Assembly: GCA_964016885.1 (NCBI GenBank)
Contig: OZ024744.1
Span: 35,464,001-35,528,000 of the forward strand
Direction of reading: 5' to 3'
Length of the DNA stretch: 64,000 nt
Source: Eledone cirrhosa
Taxonomy: Eukaryota
A program made the position numbers and the translations under genes. This document shows positions 54,505 to 64,000 of this stretch, one piece after another (the stretch's first letter is position 1; each line of letters opens with the position of its first letter). Below the pieces are notes generated by a model. It saw nothing but the letters and a program-made list of their open reading frames with translations. It did not search any database and had not been told where the DNA came from.

Positions 54505-55102
54505 GAAAGAGGGGGGGGGGGAGAGCGTGTGTGTGTGTATACTGCAATTCAAGGAAAACATTTTGCATACTCATGATACTCTAAAATCACCTTATCTATA
54601 TATGTATATATATATATATATATATAAACGTGTGTGTATATAATTTCGTATCTGGCTATATATAACTATGCCCATGTTTGAGAAGTTGACTCACCTCTCT
54701 ATGTGTACCTAGATCGCTGAATAATGTAGTTGTAGGTGGAGATCTCACTTTCAATTCAATTGTAAGAGTTAGCTATAACAATACAAACAACAACAACACA
54801 AACGATGACAACCACAACAACAACAATAACAACAAAACACAAACAAACTACATTCTCAAAAACACCCACATTACCCAAGTCCTGTAATTTTTCGCACCCT
54901 GAACAAACCATCCCAGTACAACGACAGAACACAGACACACAACCACAAACAAACACTCAAAATAAAACGCATACACACACATGTCCACAAAAACACACAT
55001 GCACAAATACGCATGCACACACACACAATCACATACACATATGTATACATATATATTTACAAGTGTGTGCGTGTTTCTATTGCATGATCAACCATTGTGT
55101 AA

Positions 55103-55135
<33 letters not shown>

Positions 55136-55264
55136 CGCACACTTCTATATATAAATACGCACACTTCTATATATAAACACACACACTTACATCTATACAT
55201 ACACAGACTGACTTATATATATATATATTATATATATATAGCTCAATATATATATACATCTAAA

Positions 55265-56083
<819 letters not shown>

Positions 56084-56084
56084 A

Positions 56085-58006
56085 TCATCATCATCATCAT
56101 CATCAACGTTTAACGTCCGTGTTCCACGCTTGCATGGGTTTGGACGGGGGTAGTCCCACTTGAGGCAAGAGTGATTGTCTTGCTCGCATAGGACTGTCTG
56201 GCAGGTTTTCTACAGTTGGATGCCCTTCCTAACACCAACCACATTTACAGTGTGGGTCTGGGAGGTTTTTACCGTGTTGCCTACACGGCCACATTACAGC
56301 GTGGACTGTGTGTTTTTTTGTCGTGACACCTACACGATCTCATTTGTTTCGGCCTCGATGGCGCGGCACCAACATAACTTTACATAGAACGGGGTGGTGT
56401 GGATCGGGTGGGGGTGGGGGTGGTGGGACGGGGTGTATTTTGTTAGAGATGCCTACTGGCTGGAGTAGGTTTTACTATATATTTAGGTAAGGCGGGTCTT
56501 CTCTGTTACTGAGTACCGCCAAAGGTCTCGGTCCAGTGACATTGTCTTGGAGAGGTGTAAGTGTGTGATGTCGGAGTTTATCAGCTCGTCCCAGGTTTTT
56601 CTAGGTCTGCCTATTCCGTGACTACCGTCTATCTTTATTGCCCTGCACTTTGTTATACAGCTATCGACTTTCATGCGCATCACGTGTCCATACCAACGTA
56701 GCCTTCTCTCGAGTAAACAACATCTGATCTCTCTTATCTCTAATTTATTCCTTAGTTCGTTTATGCTTTGCCGTTCACGTATATTACTGTTACACATCCA
56801 GCGGAGCATGCAAGCTTCGTTCCTCTCTAGTCTGCGTATATCCTCTGCACACAATGCCCAGGTCTCACTGCCATGCAGCATTGCTGTTCGTATGCAGGCA
56901 TCGTACAACCTGCCTTTCATTTTTAGTGAGAACCCTTTAGCAGCTAATAGTGGTATAAGCTCTCTGAACTTTTTCCAACCAGTTCTGACTCTAGCTACAG
57001 TACTTTCAGAGCACCCTCCCCCACTGCTGATTTTATCGCCCAGGTAACGGAAGCTGTCCACTATTTCTATAGAACCCTCTGCGCAATTGAAAGAGCTAGT
57101 AGTTTGTGGGCACTTGCTGCTACTTATTGCACCAGAGCACCGGCCACATGTAAAATCTATGTTCTTAGTTAGCTTACCTGTGATCCCACTACATCTTTTA
57201 TGCACCCATACTTTGCATTTAGGACATAAAATGGAGTTTCTACCTACGCCTTTCCTACACACCGAGCACGACCATTTCCCAGAAGGGACCGCCGCCTTGT
57301 TTTCTTTCCTACAAACTAGTACTTTGGTCTTAGCCAGGTTAATTTTAAGTCCTTTTGACTCTAGGCCGTGCTTCCATGTTTGGAATTTCTTCTCTAGCTC
57401 GGCCATTGATTCCGCTATGAGTGTCAGGTCGTCTGCGTATAGGAGTTCCCATGGGCAGCCTGTCTTGAACTCCTCTGTTATAGCCTGAAGGGCAATAATA
57501 AATAGTAGTGGACTGAGAACAGAGCCCTGATGGACGCCGACTTTTACGCTAAACTCTTCACTATATTCGTTGTTAATTCTAACCTTGCTGACTGTTTCTT
57601 TATACATGGCTTGTATAGCCCTCACAAGCCATTCGTCAACGCCTAGTTTTCTAAGAGCCCACCAGATAATGGAGCGGGGGACTCTGTCGAAGGCTTTCTC
57701 CAAGTCGACAAAAGCTAAGTAGAGGGGTTTACCTTTAGCTAGGTACTTCTCCTGTAGTTGTCGTACTATGAAAAGAGCGTCTGTGGTACTTTTGCCTGAC
57801 ACAAACCCGAACTGCATTTCATCTAGGTCAATTCTCTCTCTGATTAGTTGCGCTATTACTCTTTCTGTGACCTTCATGACCTGGTCGATTAATTTAATGC
57901 CTCTATAGTTACTCCTATCTAGGGCGTCTCCTTTACCCTTATAACAGTTAACGATGATGCTGCTATGCCAGTCCTTCGGAACAACCCCGTTCTGTACGAC
58001 TTGGTT
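56085..58006 (-). mobile_element. 5'-truncated, apparently young RTE-clade LINE
   Basis: open RT frame, 3' UTR 56085-56482 with (GAT)n tail; flanked by (TA)n. Confidence 0.92.
56483..58006 (-). CDS. RTE reverse transcriptase (partial) with PHD-like zinc finger insert
   Basis: NYRGIKL, QFGF, FVDLEKAFDRV, GVHQGSVLSPLLF, LLYADD, FRYLG, HGSETW, RLRWYGHVMR, GRPRKTW; frame stays open upstream of the listed Met to ~58006. Confidence 0.92.
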   Translation of the reverse strand, partial: NQVVQNGVVPKDWHSSIIVNCYKGKGDALDRSNYRGIKLIDQVMKVTERVIAQLIRERIDLDEMQFGFVSGKSTTDALFIVRQLQEKYLAKGKPLYLAFVDLEKAFDRVPRSIIWWALRKLGVDEWLVRAIQAMYKETVSKVRINNEYSEEFSVKVGVHQGSVLSPLLFIIALQAITEEFKTGCPWELLYADDLTLIAESMAELEKKFQTWKHGLESKGLKINLAKTKVLVCRKENKAAVPSGKWSCSVCRKGVGRNSILCPKCKVWVHKRCSGITGKLTKNIDFTCGRCSGAISSSKCPQTTSSFNCAEGSIEIVDSFRYLGDKISSGGGCSESTVARVRTGWKKFRELIPLLAAKGFSLKMKGRLYDACIRTAMLHGSETWALCAEDIRRLERNEACMLRWMCNSNIRERQSINELRNKLEIREIRCCLLERRLRWYGHVMRMKVDSCITKCRAIKIDGSHGIGRPRKTWDELINSDITHLHLSKTMSLDRDLWRYSVTEKTRLT

Positions 58007-58032
58007 ATATATATATATATATATGTATATAT

Positions 58033-58314
58033 ATGTATATAATATATAAGAACAAAAGATGGTTAAAGGAGTTCCATGTATTTTATTATGCGCATTTCAA
58101 AAACAAACATCATCATGCAATAATATTTGTGTTTTCATCAGATAAAACAGGAGGACATGATATGAAGGCAAAAAAAACACTTGTGGATAGTGCAGTTTAA
58201 ATCAACATATTTTGTTCTTATATATTATGTATACTCCAGTCCTACAAACTGTAGAGTGCTTCTTATCCGATATCTGCATTACTTTATTGTACTACAATAA
58301 AACTCACCTCCTAC
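58033..58314 (+). mobile_element. mini PLE-like hairpin element with hammerhead and tail
   Basis: arms ATAATATATAAGAACAAAAGATG / CATATTTTGTTCTTATATATTAT; tail ACTC..GTAGAGTGC; in (TA)n. Confidence 0.75.
58081..58147 (-). ncRNA. type-I hammerhead ribozyme motif with complete core
   Basis: minus strand: TTTTAT CTGATGA AAACACAAATATTAT-TGC-ATGATGATGTTTGTTTTT GAAA TGCGCA TA ATAAAA; palindromic stem III. Confidence 0.8.
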
Positions 58315-58349
58315 ATATATATGTATATATATATATGTATATATATGTA

Positions 58350-58398
58350 CATTTTACGTCCGCTTTTCCCTGCTTGCAAGGGTGATGTATATATATGG

Positions 58399-58494
<96 letters not shown>

Positions 58495-58542
58495 GTATTG
58501 CAAGCAGGGAAAAGCGGACGTAAAATGATGATGATGATGATG

Positions 58543-58543
<1 letters not shown>
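58350..58543. repeat. inverted pair of SINE/RTE tail fragments around (TA)n
   Basis: CATTTTACGTCCGCTTTTCCCTGCTTGCAA / TTGCAAGCAGGGAAAAGCGGACGTAAAATG. Confidence 0.85.
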
Positions 58544-58578
<35 letters not shown>

Positions 58579-58676
58579 GTATATATATATATATTTATGC
58601 ATGTATATATATATGTATATATATAGATATAGATAGGTAAATATACACGGGTGTGTATGATTGTGTATAGAAGATT

Positions 58677-58942
58677 ATATTAATATTAATAAGAGGAATT
58701 CCAACTTTGTCTGATTTACTCGTTTTATTTAGAATCCTTTAAAATATATAATGGTATTATAATGAAATAGTATGATAGAATATTAAATTCTAAGTGTTAA
58801 TTAAATTCTAAGTGTCAATTAACACTTAGAATTTAATATTCTATCATACTATTTCATTATAATACCATTATATATTTTAAAGGATTGTAAATAAAACGAG
58901 TAAATCAGACAAAGTTGGAATTCCTCTTATTAATATTAATAT
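58677..58942. repeat. ~125 bp-arm palindrome with tandem duplication at the apex
   Basis: arms ~58677-58802 / ~58817-58942. Confidence 0.9.
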
Positions 58943-60333
<1,391 letters not shown>

Positions 60334-63032
60334 ATATTTATTAATATAACAGATTAAAGTTTAAGCAAAGAATCGCTGCTTTCACCCTTAACGGGATCTT
60401 CTGAAACTAACAAAGTCAATCTGTAAACGCAGAACTGGATATTTCAAAAAACGTTGCAACCGGAAGAAGTCAGGAAGACGATACTTTGGTTCATGGCGAC
60501 GTTCGCTGGCAAAGAACGGGAAAAAACGAATAATACGTCATTAATAGGAGCGGTGAAAAACAATTACGCGCAAAGACAGAACCACGTTTATGGTATAAAA
60601 GAGGTCGTAGACTAATGTTCTCTAAGTGGTGCATAGAGACGTTCTCTGGCAATGAACGAAAAAACGAAGATAATAAGTCATATGTGTAGCATGGAGAACA
60701 ATAGCACGCAAAGACAAAACCACGTAAATGGTATAGCGGAAGTTGTAGACTAAAATTCTTACTAGGAGACCGAATGAATCTCCGCTACAGAGTTAAGAAC
60801 AAAGTAAATAAATACAATACAGAAGTAATAGAAACAAATAAATACATACACGCAAACAGATACGTACATACACAAGCATACGCAAAACCTTACCATAGGT
60901 ATACAAAACCACGCACATATAAATATGTGTATGTGTGTATGCTTGTGTACAAATAAATAAATAATTATATAAACGTATATAAGTAAATAAATACGTATAT
61001 AACAAGCACACACACATACCTACAAATAAATACACGAAAGTTCGGAGACGTAAGTCAACTAAAACAAGAAGTACACATATACACACACCCACCATACGTA
61101 CGAACCTGCATACTCACGCAGACGCAAAACTCCCATATACACATAACCAAACCCTAAATACCAGAATATGTAAAAATTATACGCCATAGCAGTCAAATAT
61201 ACGTACGAGAAGGTATACATACCTTCACAAAACATACGAGTAATATATACTTACCTATGCAAATAAGTAAAGGAATAAACAAAACATATACTTAGCTCCC
61301 GCATCAAGACGTAAAATATCCACGTATAGATCGTGCTATCCGTTAGGGTATAACGTGGGGCTGTAATACAGGAAAGTTTTGTGCAATTTATGTTTACAAG
61401 CCGAAATTGCCTCAGATTTTTTGTTTAAGATGTGGTCTGTGGCATAGAGTAATTCCAGGGCCTGAGCGGCGCAGAGGTCACATGGTCTTTTATTTCCATT
61501 ATACGATCTAGCCCTAGCTAGGATCTCCCAGTGTAACTTATATTGGGTGTGGTTGTCTTTTAGACTCCAGATATAAGCTGAAAGTGACGTCATATTCCTT
61601 GTTAGAGGGTAACGAAAAGAATGGGTATGCATGTAAAGACGCTGCTTGAATCTATTGGCGGTTAACCCTATGCAGGCCCTATGGGACGTGGGTGTTACAA
61701 CCTTACATTTGTAGACAATGTTACTAGAGAGGCATTTCCCGGAAAGGGGACAATCAGCCCGATTCCTACAATTACAGTTAGTACTAACTACAGGGTTGCA
61801 CGTGTTCCTACGGCTAGGTAGTTTAGCTAAATTTGAAGCTGTGAAGTTATGTGCAAGGTTAGGAGTCGTAGAGTAAGAAATTTTAATAGACATAACTTGC
61901 ACAAAACTTTCCTGTATTACAGCCCCACGTTATACCCTAACGGATAGCACGATCTATACGTGGATATTTTACGTCTTGATGTGGGAGCTAAGTATATGTT
62001 TTGTTTATTCCTTTACTTATTTGCATAGGTAAGTATATATTACCCGTATGTTTTGTGAAGGTATGTATACCTTCTCGTACGTATATTTGACTGTTATGGC
62101 GTATAATTTTTACATATTCTGGTATTTAGGGTTTGGCTATGTGTATACGGGAGTTTTGCGTCTGCGTGAGTATGCAGGTTCGTACGTATGGTGGGTGTAT
62201 GTATATGTGTACTTCTTGTTTTAGTTGACTTACGTCTCCGAACATTTGTGTATTTATTTGTAGGTATGTGTGTGCGCTTGTTATATACGTATTTATTTAC
62301 TTATATACGTTTATATAATTATTTATTTATTTGTACACAAGCATACACACACACACATATTTATATGTGCGTGGTTTTGTATACATATGGTAAGGTTTTG
62401 CGTATGCTTGTGTATGTACGTATCTGTTTGCGTGTATGTATTTATTTGTTTCTATTACTTCTGTATTGTATTTATTTACTTTGTTCTTAACTCTGTAGCG
62501 GAGATTCATTCGGTCTCCTAGTTAGAATTTTAGTCTACAACTTCCGCTATACCATTTACGTGGTTTTGTCTTTGTGTGCTATTGTTCTCCACGCTCCACA
62601 TATGACTTATTATCTTCGTTTTTTCGTTCATTGCCAGAGAACGTCTCTATGCACCACTTAGAGAACATTAGTCTACGACCTCTTTTATACCATAAACGTG
62701 GTTCTGTCTTTGCGCGTAATTGTTTTTCACCGCTCCTATTAATGACATATTCGTTTTTTCCCGTTCTTTGCCAGCGAACGTCACCATGAACCAAAGTATC
62801 ATCTTCCTGTCTTCCTCCGGTTGCAACGTTTTTTGAAATATCCAGTTCTGCGTTTACAGATTGACTTTGTTAGTTTCAGAAGATCCCGTTAAGGGTGAAA
62901 GCAGCGATTCTTTGCTTAAACTTTAATCTGTTATATTAATAAATATTTGCTCTTCGGTTCTTATATATTTGATATATATTTTCCTTATCGAGCCCTCTTT
63001 GGATTTTAGTCTTCAATTTTATTATTATTACT
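60334..63032. mobile_element. Penelope-like giant palindrome: arms ~60334-61386 / ~61897-62946, GIY-YIG spacer, tail 62947-63032
   Basis: same family as 47702-50133; arms are near-identical reverse complements. Confidence 0.92.
61336..61890 (-). pseudogene. PLE Cys-linker + GIY-YIG fragment
   Basis: IKISYSTTPNLAHN..CNCRNRADCPLSGKC..CIGLTANRFKQR..CDLC; paralogous to 48177-49115. Confidence 0.88.
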
Positions 63033-63096
63033 ATATATATGTATATATATATGTATATATATATGTATGTATATATATATATATATATATTATATG

Positions 63097-63127
<31 letters not shown>

Positions 63128-63128
63128 G

Positions 63129-63163
<35 letters not shown>

Positions 63164-63282
63164 ATATATATGTATATATGTATATATATATGTATATATA
63201 TATGTATATATGTATATATATATGTATATATATATATGTATATATATGTATATATATATGTATATATATATATGTATATATG

Positions 63283-63331
<49 letters not shown>

Positions 63332-63554
63332 GTATATATGTATATGTATATATGTGTATATATATGTATATGTATATATGTGTATATATATGTATATATA
63401 TATATATGTATATATGTATATATATATATATGTATATATGTATATATATATATGTATATATATGTATATATATATATGTATATATGTATATATATATGTA
63501 TATATATATGTATATATGTATATATATATGTATATATGTATATATATATGTATA

Positions 63555-63588
<34 letters not shown>
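63033..63588. repeat. (TA)n/(TATG) tract
   Basis: direct inspection. Confidence 0.95.
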
Positions 63589-63818
63589 CACGAACCCACA
63601 CACAAACACACACACAAACACATATACACACAGAATGATCATGCAATGAAGAAAATGTCAATGTAATCACTCAAGCTAAGAAAAGCAATAGTTGAAGTGT
63701 CCACTCAAGTCATACCCTATCATCTTAAAAGAAAATAGGGAAGAGCTCATTAGATAATATAGTTCTAAGTACACAATGTCTGAATAAATGTAGGAATGGT
63801 TACGTGTGTGTGTATGTG

Positions 63819-63960
63819 TCATCATCATCATCATCATCGTTTAATGTCCATTTTCCAAGCTAGCATGGGTTAGGCAAGGCTGGTCGGGTGACCGTGTCTC
63901 GCTCATATAGGACTATCTGGCAGGTTTTCTACGGCTGGATGCCCTTCCTAACACCAACCA
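63819..63960 (-). mobile_element. SINE/RTE 3' tail fragment
   Basis: (CAT)n + GGATGCCCTTCCTAACACCAACC. Confidence 0.7.
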
Positions 63961-64000
63961 TATTTGTGTATATATGTATATATATATATAACGAAGGAGT

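Noticed and set aside
56673-57488. + strand ORFs of 124 and 133 aa
   Set aside because: Antisense to the RTE RT ORF
60762-62521. Duplicated hydrophobic 83-100 aa ORFs
   Set aside because: Low-complexity TG/TA-rich PLE 3' UTR present in both palindrome arms

Overview
AT-rich, microsatellite- and transposon-saturated animal genomic DNA. The SINE/RTE/MITE mix resembles Octopus (coleoid cephalopod); this is inferred, not proven. The window appears to be mostly intron of a + strand gene, of which only two small exons are visible (18390-18533 and ~35473-35558, together a divergent PDZ-like peptide). Recognisable parts are RTE-type LINE fragments (including a long open RT ORF at 56483-58006, minus strand), a CRE-like RLE fragment, a Helitron PIF1-helicase remnant, two tRNA-SINE families, mariner-like and TTAA-ended MITEs, a ~10.8 kb 16-bp satellite, and 31-bp and 61-bp minisatellites. 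Nearly all long ORFs in the track are simple-repeat artefacts. The most striking signal is a population of Penelope-like (PLE) insertions in (TA)n tracts, from ~2.7 kb GIY-YIG-bearing palindromes down to 100-600 bp ORF-less hairpins. They share one architecture: inverted arms, then an unpaired 3' tail beginning with an RCTC...GAGY stem. About a dozen type-I hammerhead ribozyme motifs occur, many within these elements, and several have greatly extended stem II. Coordinates were read by eye and may be off by a few bases.
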